From NCBI GenBank assembly GCA_977017575.1, contig CDRNVI010000140.1, positions 186,001 through 250,000 of the forward strand: a DNA stretch of 64,000 nucleotides, written 5' to 3'. Within the stretch, counting starts at the first letter, position 1. Each line of letters begins with the position of its first letter. This DNA comes from Paramoeba atlantica (Eukaryota; Protista; Discosea). Below, piece by piece: positions 23,220 to 47,565 of this stretch. The notes below the pieces were generated by a model. That model was not told the DNA's origin. It ran no database searches and worked only from the letters and a program-made list of their open reading frames with translations. Made by a program: the position numbers and the translations under genes.

Positions 23220-24498
23220 ATGGAAGGCGAGTACTCCTACAAGGTTGTCCTTTTTTCACCTTTTTCTGGTGTTCTTTTTCGTTCAATTGAATGGTTTTAA
23301 TAGAGGAAACAAATGTCCGACCAATGTGAACCATCGTACGGTGATTTTTCGGTTTTTCTTCATGAAAACAAACCTTTTTGAGTGTTCTTTTTGGACTAAC
23401 GGTCAGATGATTTTTCAGACGACGTTCCGGCAAAAAAGCCTCGAGAAAACGAATCTTGTCATAGATGTGGTGGCTATGGCCATATAAGTGCTCGTTGTAC
23501 GTCCCCAAAGGTATTTCAAAACAAAAGAAACCGTCCACATTTTCCTTTTTCTCAACCATTCAACTTTTCAGGGATCGAATGACATGTGTCATAACTGTGG
23601 AGGTTATGGACATATCATTGCCATGTGTCCTTCTGCAAAGGGTGCCAAATTAGCATGTCATGTTTGTTCAGGAAAAGGCCATCAGGTTCTTCTTCCATCT
23701 TTTTTTTTTGTGAGATGAAAATCAATGAGAAAGCAGAGAGGAGAAAAGGATTTTTGGCTGATGTTCCTTTTTTAGGCTCGAACTTGTCCTAATTCTGGTC
23801 ATCAACAAATCGAAGTTTGTTATATTTGTCAGGTCTGCTCTTCTTCTTTTCTCTCTCTCTCTTCTTTTGAGAGACTCTGCTGTTCTGTTTTTCTGATGTT
23901 TTTTTCAGGTGCCTGGGCACTTTGCACGAAACTGCCCCACTCAGATGCAACAGATTGGACTTCCTGGAATGGGGATGGGTGGAATGGGAATGGGTGGCAT
24001 GGGTTTGCCTTTTGATTTCTCTTATTGCCATTCATTTTTGAAACTAAAATCTGATTCCCTCTGACTTAATTTGTTGGACAGGTCGAGGACAGTTGGGATT
24101 TCAGCCACCTTTTTCTGGGGGTGGTCCCCCTTATGGTTCTTCTGGGCGTGGTGGTGGTGGTGATTCTTTCTTTCCTTTTTCATTTTCATTCTCTTTCTTT
24201 CTCTACCTCCTCTATTGTTTACAATTCTCTTTGGGGATTTGATTTCTGATATTTGGAAATTTTCCAGGTGGTTGTTATCGGTGTGGACAAACCGGACACA
24301 TTTCTCGATCCTGTCCTCAAAATCCTGTTCGAGCTGGTTTGTGTTTTCTGTTCTTTTATATTCTCTCTTTTTGTTTTTATACTCAAAAGTACTTTGTTTC
24401 TTTTCTCACATTTTTTTTGTGCAGGGTGTTATCGATGTGGACAACCTGGTCATATTGCTCGTGATTGTTCTCAAAGTAACTCTGATGGTGGTAATTAA
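23220..24498 (+). CDS. CNBP/Gis2-like CCHC zinc-knuckle nucleic-acid-binding protein (6 knuckles, Gly-rich linker)
   Basis: Spliced C-x2-C-x4-H-x4-C motifs: CHRCGGYGHISARC, CHNCGGYGHIIAMC, CHVCSGKGHQARTC, CYICQVPGHFARNC, CYRCGQTGHISRSC, CYRCGQPGHIARDC. Confidence 0.88.
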
Positions 24499-24520
24499 GT
24501 TAAAGGTTTTCATTTTTTTC

Positions 24521-25950
24521 TTACTTTATTGGAGAAGAGATTTGGTTGAGGAATGCTGTGTTTTTGTTGAAGGGAGGAGAAACTTCTATTCTTGTTTTGT
24601 TTTCTTCTATCTTGTGATCTTTGGTCCTAATGATTGAATGAATGATGTAGTGTTTGTTGCTTGTGACGATCGTAAATTGTGATTGTGACGGGGTAGATAC
24701 GAACGTTAAGATTGTGTTGTCAAGTGGAACATTAAGTTTCACTTTTGATTTTGAGATCGATGAGCTAGTTGGGGTTTTTTGTTGTGTTGGTCGGGTTGTT
24801 GGTTTGTAGAGTAAATAATTCTCCTAACTTTTAACCTTTTTGTTTTTCTTTTATCTTTTATGTTCAGAATATCACATCTTTTCATATTCGAGCGAATTCC
24901 AACCTGATTCTGCCCAAAACCACATCTTTTGAGACTTCTGAGGAAATTTTCCTTATTAGGATCCCGTGTTTTTTAATCCAGACACTGCGTGGGGAAACAA
25001 TATCCATTCTCATTTTCCTCATTTTTGGGTTTGGTTATTGTTGGTTGACACTCGTTTTAATCAGTGGAGACCTCCACAGATCCTTTTCCGTCAATTTCAC
25101 TCAGAGAATTTTGGGTCTGTTACACATTGGATGTTCTCTTGTGTTGTCATTTGCGAGTTTGGAGAGAGAGGGGTTGTTGATGAGTTGGTTTCGAAAAGAA
25201 GGTTCTTGGGAAAGAAGAGACTCTCTTCTGGTGCTTCTATGGGAATCTCCATTGAGTTTAGATTGTTCTTGTTCCTTATTTTTTTTCGACCAATACAGAA
25301 AGAAATTGATTCAAAGTGGAGTTGCAGTGTTTATTGAGTCTGCGGTTTTTTTGCGAGAGTTTTGAGTTTTTTGAACGGACCTCCATTTACCATTCATTGG
25401 AAGTCCTTTTCTTTCTTCTCTTGTTTCTCTTGTTTCTCTTGTTTCGCTTTCTCTCTTGATTTTATAGTCAGTTGGGTTTTTTTTTGGTGTTGTGTGGTGT
25501 GTGAGGAGGTTCTTTGTTTGTTTGTTGTTCAGGAGTTGGGGGGGAATTGGTTGGTTGTGTTTCTCTGTCGTTGTTTGACTCTAATTTTGTACTGGGAATT
25601 GTTGGCTTGTTTTTCTTTGTTGTTGATTTTTTTGAACTTTTTTTTTTCTTTTTTGTTGGAAGATATGGGGTTTGGGATTGTTTTAGGGATTGGAGTTTGT
25701 TTGGAGGTTGGTTTGTTGTCTTGAACATTCTTAGGACTTTGGATATTGACTGAGATGATATCATCAAGTATCTTATCCAATGATTTTTTGTCTTTTTTTT
25801 TTGTGGAAGTCTTTCTTTTCTTTTTTGAGATTGGGGTTCGATAATGGATGTTTGGGATGGTTTTGGGGGATTGGAGTTGGGAGGTGGAGGTGGTTGTTGT
25901 GTTGGTAGTGGCGTATTGCGTGACAACTGTCTTTTCTCTATTAAAATAAA
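24521..25950 (-). CDS. Hypothetical multi-exon protein, structure unresolved
   Basis: Several protein-like P/Q/N/K-rich ORF segments on the minus strand between the CNBP-like and CHD genes; no family recognised. Confidence 0.3.
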
Positions 25951-26162
25951 ATGTCTTTCTTTTTTAAGTGGTTGTTTTGTTTTGGGAGGTTTTTTTTTTT
26001 GGAGTTTTTTTTTTTTTGGAGTTTTTTTTTTGGAGTTTTTTTTTTGTTTGAGGTGTTTTGTTTTTTTGTTTTTTGTTTTCTCTTTCTTTTTCTTTTTCTT
26101 TTTCTTTTTTTGTTCTTTTGAATCGAAGGAGAAAAAGAAACGAGAGAAAAGAGAGAGAGACA

Positions 26163-38976
<12,814 letters not shown>

Positions 38977-39511
38977 GAATTTTGATGAGGAAAATGAGAA
39001 AGATGAAAAGAAGAGAGAATGAGATAGAAGAATAAGAAATGAACAAATGACAAAAAACAAACTAAACATGTTTTGAAAAAAGGAAAGAGAAATAAAAAAA
39101 AATCTTTTTTCAAATACAAAAAACAGAAAAAGAAAAAAACCAAAAAAAAAACCTACTCCCATCTCATCTCACGAAAATGTGGGATGAAGACAAGCATATT
39201 GCTTTCTTCTTTCCTTTTTTCTTTTCCTTTGTTTTTTCTGAATAAATTAGAATTTCAAAAAAAAAAAAGAAAAAAAAAACCAAAAATCGGTCAAACAAAA
39301 CTTTTCCCCCACCAACCCAAAAAACGTAAAATCGCTGATACTCCGTTTTTGAATTTGAAGGATTTTTGACATTTACTTTTTTTCGTTTTTGGACCCGACC
39401 GTGTTTGTCCAAAAAAACTGTGTGTTGGGCAAGGTTGCGGAAGGGGAAAACGATTCTATTTCTTTCTGTTGATTTCCATCCCAAAAAAGATAGAATTTTT
39501 GGAGAAAATTG

Positions 39512-42055
39512 ATGGAGAAAAGAGGGAAAGAGAGAGGCGGAAGTTGCCCTCTTTGTTACGAATCATTCGACAACAAAGGCGATAAAGTCCCAATGGTTCT
39601 GCACTGTGGTCACTCTCTTTGTCTTTCTTGTTCGAGTTTTCTTCTTCTTTCTTCTTCTTCTGAAGATAATTGGACTGTTGATTGCCCTCTTTGTTTGTGT
39701 CTTTCAGTTGGTTTGTCAAAAAATTATGCTTTGTTGGAAGTGATTGATTGTTTTGGGGAGAGAGAGAGGAGAAGGGGAGAGAGGAGAGAGGGGAGAGAGA
39801 GAGGAAAGAGAGAAGAAGCTGAGAGAAAATATTTGGAAAAGAAGAGAGAAGAACATATGGTCAAGATGGAAAAAGAGAGAAAGAGAAGAGGATTGAAACA
39901 GAGAAGAAAGGGAACAGAGAAACTGATTTTGATCTGCGAATTGTGCGTCAAAGAGAGAGGGACCGTCAATTGTTTGGATTGTTTGGAGAGTTGTTGTGTT
40001 CAATGTCAAGGTTGTTCTTCTTCTTTACATTCTTTTTCGGGATTATCTTCTCATCGAGTTGTATCTCTCACTGGCCCCAAAGATTTTGAGACAAAAAAGA
40101 AAAAGAAAGGAGTAAGAGGGGGGGAAGGGGAGAAACTCGAAAAAAAAAATCAGAAAAAAGAAAGGGAGAAAGAAGAAAAAAAGAAAAAGAAAAAGAAATC
40201 TCTTTTGGATGACACTCGAGGTTATTTACTTTTCATAACTCCTCACTACTTTGTAATATTTTCTGAAACAATTATTATTCTTTCCAGACCCAGAAAGTTT
40301 ACTCCTCTCCAAATTTTCCTCCGAAAGTTTTGATTCTTTTTCTTCTTTTGAAGTTGTCCCTTCTCCAAACTCTCCTCTTCCTAATTCTCCTCTGTCTGCA
40401 CCTTCTTCTTCCGGAGCTTCTCCTCTCCCTTCCTCTTCCACTCCCTCCCTCCCACTACTCCCTCTTCCTTCTCCTTCTTCTCCTTCTCCTTCCACTCCCA
40501 CTCCCACTTCTCCCACTTCTCCCACTTCTCCCTCTTCTACTTTCCCACCTCCAACCCCAAAAATCCCATTTTCTGATCACGCTTATCAAATTGTACGGGA
40601 TTTGAATCTTGGAAAATTGAGCTCTGCTTTTCTGAGATCAAGGCAATTTGCTTTTCAAGGTTTTTTTGTTACCTTTTTGAAACGAGCTGTGAAAAGACTC
40701 TTTTTTATAATGGAAAATAGATGGAGATTCAGCATCTTTGCACGCGCTTTGTTTCTTTGATGGATTTGGAACACACATCTCCAAAGAAGAGGCAGAAAGA
40801 TGGGCCTCCCTAGCAGCAGAAAAGGCTCATACAAAATCTCTTTCTTCTTTCTCTTCTGCTTTATCATCAACACCATCGTCATCATCATCTTCTTCTCCAT
40901 CTCCTCTCTCTTCCCCTCTCTCAGCCTCCTCTTGTCTTCTCTTTACCCAGATCGCTCCGAAAACAGAGAAAACAACTTCACCGTTTGGAGAAGGGATTAA
41001 AAAATTCATACAGAAACAATATCATGAAGCTCTTCCTCTTCTTATTCCTTATGCTGATCTTGGAATTAGTGTCGCGGAGAGGTGTGTTGGATCTTGTTAT
41101 GTTGATTTGGGGAATCCTGGCCAAGTCTGTTTTCTTGCTTCCTCAATTTTCAAGAAACGTAGAAAAAATAGTTTTGAACATTTTCTCTGTAGGCATTGGA
41201 ATATACAAAAAGAGCAGCAGGACAAGGGTATGCTCCTGCACAAAACAATCTTGCTTCTTTTTTGTTTGAGGGGATTGGGACATCGAAAGATATATCTCTT
41301 GCAATGTATTACTTTCAACTTTCTGCAGAACGAGGTTTTTCTTCTAATTCGTTTTTTGAAATTTTTCTATTTCCCCAAAAAGTCTCAATTCCTGATTTTC
41401 TTTTGATTGAATCCTTCTTAAGGTTACGCTTTAGCCTATAATAATTTGGGGAGGAGATACCTTACAGGAAGAGGCGTTCAAACATCCCATAAAAAAGCTG
41501 TTGAGTATTTTACAATGGCAGCACATCAAAATTACGCAGAAGGACAAGTAATTACTTTTCTCCTTTGGATTTTGGCCTTTTGTTACCTGATTTTGAATTC
41601 TTTTTTTGAAAGCATTGTCTCGCCGATCGATATTTCTTTGGACAAGGAGTAATCCAAGATTTTGAAAAAGCTGTTGAATACTATGAATTGGCAGCTGAAC
41701 AGGGATTGCCAAAGTCAATTTGCTCTTTGGGTTATTGTTATGCAAATGGGTTTGGTGTTGAGATAAATGACAAAATCGCATTGCAGTATTATCGAGCTGC
41801 TGCAAGGTACATTTTCAAAATTGAATGCTTGAAATTTCTTTTTTAATTTTTGAAAATTGAAACCAATAATTATTTCAAAAAAACAGAAAAGGAAATGCAA
41901 CAGCGATGACCAATCTCGCAGCGCGTTACGAAGAAGGAAATGGAGTTGCCCAAAACATTCTAACTGCTCATAAATATTACACCGTTGCTGCGAAACACGG
42001 TTCTCAGAAAGCAAGAGAAGGGCTTAAGCGACTTCACCCATTTCTTGTCACTTGA
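39512..42055 (+). CDS. RING finger + B-box + Pro/Ser linker + Sel1-like repeat protein
   Basis: CPLC...CGHSLCLSC...CPLC (RING), CELC...CLDC...C..C...LH...H (B-box), then Sel1 repeats (AQNNLASFLFEGIG, YNNLGRRYLTGRG, ELAAEQGLPKSICSLGYCYANGFG). Confidence 0.82.
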
Positions 42056-42121
42056 GATTGGAATTTTGACCAATTCCCATTTCTCTCGCATGCAAAAGAG
42101 CGATCAAAAAAAAAAGAAAAT

Positions 42122-42194
42122 GGCACTGGCTAGGAATCGAACCTAGGTCATAGGATGGAAAGTCCCGTATTCTCCCTGGCTGAACTACCAGCGC
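42122..42194 (-). tRNA. Atypical tRNA-like gene, anticodon TTC (Glu by position) with C37; paralog of the neighbouring tRNA
   Basis: GCGCTGG TA GTTC AGCCAGGGA GAAT A CGGGA CTTTCCA TCCTA TGAC CTAGG TTCGATT CCTAG CCAGTGC C; A and B boxes and poly-T terminator present; anticodon stem imperfect. Confidence 0.6.
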
Positions 42195-42247
42195 AACAAC
42201 CAAAAAGTCGAGCTTCCGCAAGGACAAAAAGAATGAAGGAAAAAATT

Positions 42248-42320
42248 GGCGCTGGCTCGGATTTGAACCAAGGTCTTCGGATTATGAGTCCGATGTTCTT
42301 CCAGACTGAACTATCAGCGC
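42248..42320 (-). tRNA. tRNA-Met: tRNA-Met(CAT)-like, with A7:C66 mismatch and C73
   Basis: GCGCTGA TA GTTC AGTCTGGAA GAAC A TCGGA CTCATAA TCCGA AGAC CTTGG TTCAAAT CCGAG CCAGCGC C; perfect anticodon stem; T6 terminator. Confidence 0.75.
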
Positions 42321-42493
42321 AATACAAACAAAAAGATGAGCCATTTGCCAAAGAAGGAAAAAGAATAACAAAACAAAGTTTTTGGCACTAAGGGGTTTGA
42401 ATTCCAGTATTCTATCGTGAGGAGTTTTTTGTCTCTGTGTGTTTGGGAAAAACTTTTCAAAGTGTTCTTAAATAACAGAATTGTGTTCAAAAT

Positions 42494-43429
42494 TCAAAAT
42501 GGCAATTCTTCTCCACCCCAAACAAGGTGTGAGTAATTGGAGTGAGTTAATGATTTGTTGTGAAATGCAAGTCGTCTCTTGGAGCGATCCTTCTTTTCTT
42601 GCAAGAGAGAATCGACTTTTTCATGCAACAATGCAACCAAAAAGTTGTACATTTTAATTTCATCTTTCAATTCAGAGGTGAGAAATTCTGTTGCCTTCTC
42701 TGAGAGATAAAAATCCTTTGGGCTGGTGGGATATTCTTCATTATCATGTTCCATCATCAACCTTTTTTTTGCTTTGTTACATTTCTTTTTGTTGAAGTGA
42801 AAATATTGACAAAAGTTGACGAAATCTTCGACCATGTTTGTTTGGCGAATCGGGAAAACATGCGTTTTGACGAAATGTTCATCAAATTTGTGGAGATACC
42901 ATCGATGGTCCAGTTGCCAGTGTTTTGTTGCGACCAGAGAAGATTGTGCAAGTTGGAGACAATCTTCACCAATTGAGTTATTGGTTTGAAGACCAGTGGT
43001 TAAATTGTTCCGAACTTCCAAAAAATCATTTAAAAAGGGATAACAAGAGAAGAGTTTCCCTTCAGTTGTATTGGCACAGTGATCGTGGACGGTACATCTG
43101 TACTTCCTCCATCTCCAAATCGAAAGAGTTCGAGCAACAGGTTCTCGTATTGTCATCAAAACGGGTCGGCCTTTCACGTCTTCCATTGATGGTGCACAAA
43201 GATGAAAATCTGTTTCAAAACGAAAGACCCTCGACAGAGCTTCGACCATCGAAGTTCCTCCTGTCTTTCCAACATGAATGACAAGAAACTCTGGTCTTGC
43301 GGAGTGGCTGCTGTGAGGTTGTCTTTTGCACAGATCAGAAAAATCTCCTGAATTCATTTGATGGAAGAAACCGAATGAAAAGAGAGTCATCAAGGTCACC
43401 AAAACCAGAACGACTCTCAACCTCCTCAT
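42494..43429 (-). CDS. Golgi-type sulfotransferase (type II membrane)
   Basis: N-terminal TM anchor; 5'-PSB motif HVGKTGGTS and 3'-PB motif REPVARTLS; intronless. Confidence 0.85.
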   Translation of the reverse strand: MRRLRVVLVLVTLMTLFSFGFFHQMNSGDFSDLCKRQPHSSHSARPEFLVIHVGKTGGTSMVEALSRVFRFETDFHLCAPSMEDVKGRPVLMTIREPVARTLSIWRWRKYRCTVHDHCANTTEGKLFSCYPFLNDFLEVRNNLTTGLQTNNSIGEDCLQLAQSSLVATKHWQLDHRWYLHKFDEHFVKTHVFPIRQTNMVEDFVNFCQYFHFNKKKCNKAKKRLMMEHDNEEYPTSPKDFYLSEKATEFLTSELKDEIKMYNFLVALLHEKVDSLLQEKKDRSKRRLAFHNKSLTHSNYSHLVWGGEELPF

Positions 43430-43587
43430 CCCTCCTCAACAAACGAACCAACAAACGAACGAAAAAAAAAGAAAAATGCCAAACAAAAGAATGCTAAAAA
43501 ATTTTAGTGCTGAAAAGGAAAATTTCGTTTTTTTTTCAAAGAAAAAACATTTTCTTGTTTCCCTCATTTTCTCTTCCAACCAACTCA

Positions 43588-44933
43588 ATGGCAGATGATG
43601 ATAGCGATGGATTGAGAGAGAAAGGGACTGTATGTGTGACTGGAGCAACTGGGTTCATTGCCTCTCACATTATCCATCTCCTCCTCTCGAACGGATACAA
43701 TGTCAATGGAACGGTCAGAAACAAGAACAAATGCGAAGGACTTGTAGAAGAATATATGAAGAAGTTGCCAAAGGGTTGTCACTCGAGACTTCAATTGTTT
43801 GAAGCAGATCTAATGCAAGATGGTTCGTTTGATGAATCTGTTCAAGGGTGTGTTGGAATTGTTCATGCCGCTGCAGGTTTTTCTCCTTTTTCCAACAATT
43901 TACAACATACAAAACAAACAAAACAAACAAAACCCAAAAACCACTCCCTCCTCCCCACTCACCCCAACAAACAACAATAGCTGTCAAACTCACCGCAGAC
44001 GATCCAATGAACGAAATCATCAAGCCATCCAAAATCGGAATTACAAATGTCTTCAACTCAGCTTTAAAAGCAACATCAACACTCAAATCTTTCATCTTCA
44101 CCTCTTCTATTGCTGCCATTATCAACCAACAAGAAGGCGAAAAAATTTTCTCAGAAAAAGATTGGAATCGCCACTCAACACCTTCTAAAGACCCTTATAG
44201 TTACGCAAAAACTCAAGCAGAACAAACTGCACTGGAGTTGATGCAACAACACCCCTCTTCTTTCTCTTTCTACTCTCTCAACCCTTCGATGGTTCTGGGC
44301 CCAGTTCATCTCCTCTCTCGTCCTATTACTTCTTCTGCTGGGGTTCCTGTTCGAATGCTTTCTGGGGAGATGCCAATGGCTCCACAATTGAGTTTTGGAT
44401 GTGTTGATGTGAGAGATTTGGCGGTGGCTCATTTGATTTTGCTTGAAAAAGGAATAGATGAGCAAAGGGAAAGAGAAAAAGGAAGAGGAATAGAAGAGAA
44501 GCAAGACGATAGAGAAGGGAGGGATGACAAGAAAGAAAATGTGACGAAAGAAAAAGAAAAAGAGATGAAGGGGGAGGAGAAAGAGTATCCAATCGATGGA
44601 CATGCTCATCGCTATCTCATCTCCAACGAGGCTTTCTCGATGCTTCAATTGGCTGAGTCCCTCAGACGTGGTTTGGGAGGAAAGAAATGTCCTTACCCTC
44701 TCCCAACTTCCACTTTACCAAACTTATTTATGTACTTGGCTGTTCCTTTCACCAAAGAATTGAGTTTTTCTTTCTTGTGGGAGAATCTTGGGAAGACACA
44801 TCGGCTTGATAATTCAAAGTCAAAAAGTGTGGGGGTGAGTTATCGCCCTTTGGATGAAACGATGTATGATATGGCTCTATCATATATTGAGGCTGGTGTG
44901 ATTCCAGATAAAAGAGAGAGTATTGAAGAATAA
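43588..44933 (+). CDS. NAD-dependent epimerase/dehydratase, DFR/aldehyde-reductase-like extended SDR
   Basis: VTGATGFIA Rossmann motif, HAA, FTSS, catalytic YSYAK, VDVRD; one intron 43877-43980; E/K-rich insertion. Confidence 0.9.
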
Positions 44934-45872
44934 CCTCTCTTTCAGAGAAAGAAAATGCAAAGACGATTCCTCTTTTGATGATGGGATTCGACAAAAAAGA
45001 AAAGAGGAAAACCTGAAAAAGAAAAGGATTACAACTATTTTTAGAACAAAGAAAAACACCAAAAAACATCATAAAATAAAAAATCATTTTTAAAAAAGGA
45101 AGATGAGAGAGAGAAGGCCTTCGAAAGAACCGAGGAAAAATGACCAAAAACTATTTGGAAATTACCATGACAAGAAAAAGGATTCTTCCTGAAAAGGCCG
45201 GTGACAAAAGGTTCTAAATTTTGCTTCGTGTTCAAGAGAGGAGCTGGTTCTGAGGAAAAGCGAAACGAACAAGGTTGGAGAAGAAGGGTTGCGTTTTGGA
45301 CCCGATTGTTGTGTGCCTTTTATTTTTCCCCCTATCTTCTTTCCTGGTGGGAAATCAGGATGGCCTGGTTTGTTGTGTTGAACCAATTCTGTTCTCTCCC
45401 ATATTGCAATACTCCAGTCGGTTTGTCCAAACAAAATGACTGGAAGATTGCAAACGCCTCACATATACAGCCATAAAACTGATTGTGAGGTTTTTCGAAC
45501 CTCTTGAATCTTGCCTAACAAGACTCAACCAATGCTCAAGAATAACTTGACCAAACTTTCCAAGACAAATCTTACTTTTCGAGCATGAACAGAACAAGAG
45601 ATGATTAAATCAGAAAACTGCTTAATGTTCAGGGGCAAAGGCTTTGATTCGAGCTCGCAATGCTGAATTTATCTTTTTCTGTTTCCCAGAAGTTTTTTTC
45701 CCTCCCCAAGAACCAAACCACAAAAACAAGAAACCAAACGCAAAACAAAAAAGAAGAATGATGCTAAAAAATGCTAAAAAAAATGCTAAAAATTTTGGTG
45801 CTGAAAAGGAAAATTTCATTTTTTGCAAGGAAAGAAAACATTTTCAGTTTTGTTTTTTCTGTTTCCAATGCC

Positions 45873-46955
45873 ATGCAAACAACTTTCCTCTTTGTGTTGG
45901 CAGTTCTCCTCGCTGTATTTTTTGAGTTTTCGACATCTCCTTGTCTGAGACGGCCTCCTCTGGGTGATGCCTCCGAGCTCTCTCTTATTCACGTTGGCAA
46001 AACTGGTGGGGCCACGTTACTGAAGGCTCTTCACGGGATATTCGAGATTAAGAAAGACTTTCATCTTTGTCGGCCATCTCTCGAAGATGTGAAAGATCGA
46101 CCTGTGATGGTAACAATCCGAGAACCAATTGCTCGAACTCTATCAATTTGGAGATGGGGAAAATTCAAGTGTTCAAATCGCACAGATTGCTTTGGTTCTC
46201 CTCACGAACTCTTTGAGTGTTTCCCCTTTCTTAATGACTATTTGGAAGCCAGAGGAAATTTGTCAAACAACAACAGAGCGAGTTTAAGCGATTCTTGCCT
46301 CCGGTTTGCAGATTCTCCTGAAGTACCATCAACCCATTGGCAATTCGATCATCGTTGGCACCTTGAAAAGTTCGATGAAGACTTTCTCAAAGAAGTTTTT
46401 CCTGTTCGTCAGTCCAACTTGGTAGATGATTTTGTTTCGTTTTGTTTGTATTTCAACTTCGAAAGAGAGAAGTGCTTCAACACGAAAAAGAGGCTGACTG
46501 TCATCCACACAAATACAAAGTCTCACACAGAACCAAAGGATTACTATCTTTCGAGTGAAGCAAGAGAGTTCTTGGAGTCTGAGTTGAAAGAAGAAATTGA
46601 AATGTACAATCATCTTGTAAATATCACAAACGGAAAAATTGAAACAGTTCTTCCTCAACTCAAAGATTTTGAAGAAATGATCAGTCATGGGAAAATAGCA
46701 AAACTCTTCAGAGAAGGAACGAGAGAAGAGAGACGGAATAAGAGAAGAGAGGAAAAAAGAAGAGAGAAAATCCGAATGCAAATGCAAAAAGAGAGGGAAG
46801 AGAGACAAGAAGAAAGAAGAAGAAAAGTGGAAGAGGAAAGATTGAAGAGAGAGATTGAAAGAGAGAGAAAAGAGAAAGAGAGAATGAGAAAGAAATTTTA
46901 CATCCTTCTTTTTGTCTTCTTGGTTTTTGTTACACTGACTTTCTGTTTGTGGTAA
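45873..46955 (+). CDS. Sulfotransferase with signal peptide, coiled coil and C-terminal TM anchor
   Basis: HVGKTGGAT and REPIARTLS motifs; E/K/R coil; ends FYILLFVFLVFVTLTFCLW*. Confidence 0.85.
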   Translation: MQTTFLFVLAVLLAVFFEFSTSPCLRRPPLGDASELSLIHVGKTGGATLLKALHGIFEIKKDFHLCRPSLEDVKDRPVMVTIREPIARTLSIWRWGKFKCSNRTDCFGSPHELFECFPFLNDYLEARGNLSNNNRASLSDSCLRFADSPEVPSTHWQFDHRWHLEKFDEDFLKEVFPVRQSNLVDDFVSFCLYFNFEREKCFNTKKRLTVIHTNTKSHTEPKDYYLSSEAREFLESELKEEIEMYNHLVNITNGKIETVLPQLKDFEEMISHGKIAKLFREGTREERRNKRREEKRREKIRMQMQKEREERQEERRRKVEEERLKREIERERKEKERMRKKFYILLFVFLVFVTLTFCLW

Positions 46956-47365
46956 CTCCTTTCCAGAATTGAAAGAGAACTTTTCTAAAGTTCTCCTGAC
47001 AAAACAAAACTCTCTTCGAAATGTGTTCTTTTTTTTTAACTTAAAACAAATCCAACACTTTCAATTCAATCCCCCTTCTGATGAGTCATTATTCAACCTC
47101 CATTATTGAAGGAAACAACAATTTTTGAATTTTCAAATTTTTAGCGCCTTTTTTTTAGCGGTGGGACCTTTTCCTTTTTGGATTTCCTCCTTGCCCAGCT
47201 TTTTGAGTTGGAAGTTTCTCATCGCGGTTTTTTTCGAGTCTTTTCTTGGATCTCTCCTTTTGCTTCAGTCCTCTCTTCTCAGTCTTCCTAGATCCTCAAC
47301 TTTCTTCCTCACTTTTTTCTTCACCCAATTTTCTCATTCCTCTGCGATCTGTTCCTTCTTCCTTC

Positions 47366-47447
47366 CTCGCTATCCATTCGCCCTCTTCCTCAAACGCTAT
47401 CCATTCGCCCTCTTCCTCAAACGCTATCCATTCGCGCTCTTCCTCGC
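47366..47447. repeat. 27-bp tandem repeat x3
   Basis: cgctatccattcgccctcttcctcaaa repeated three times, the last copy imperfect. Confidence 0.9.
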
Positions 47448-47565
47448 CTTTGCCAAACAATTCAAATTTTTAGCGTCTTTTATTTAGAGGCACTCGAAAA
47501 TTCCAAACTTTTTCCTTTCAATTCGGAACCCTCCCACTTATTTTTCTTCCACTGTTTGCTCTCTC

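Noticed and set aside
44940-45830. Several short ORFs between the epimerase and sulfotransferase genes
   Set aside because: Complex sequence, but no consistent splice model or recognisable motif; left unannotated.
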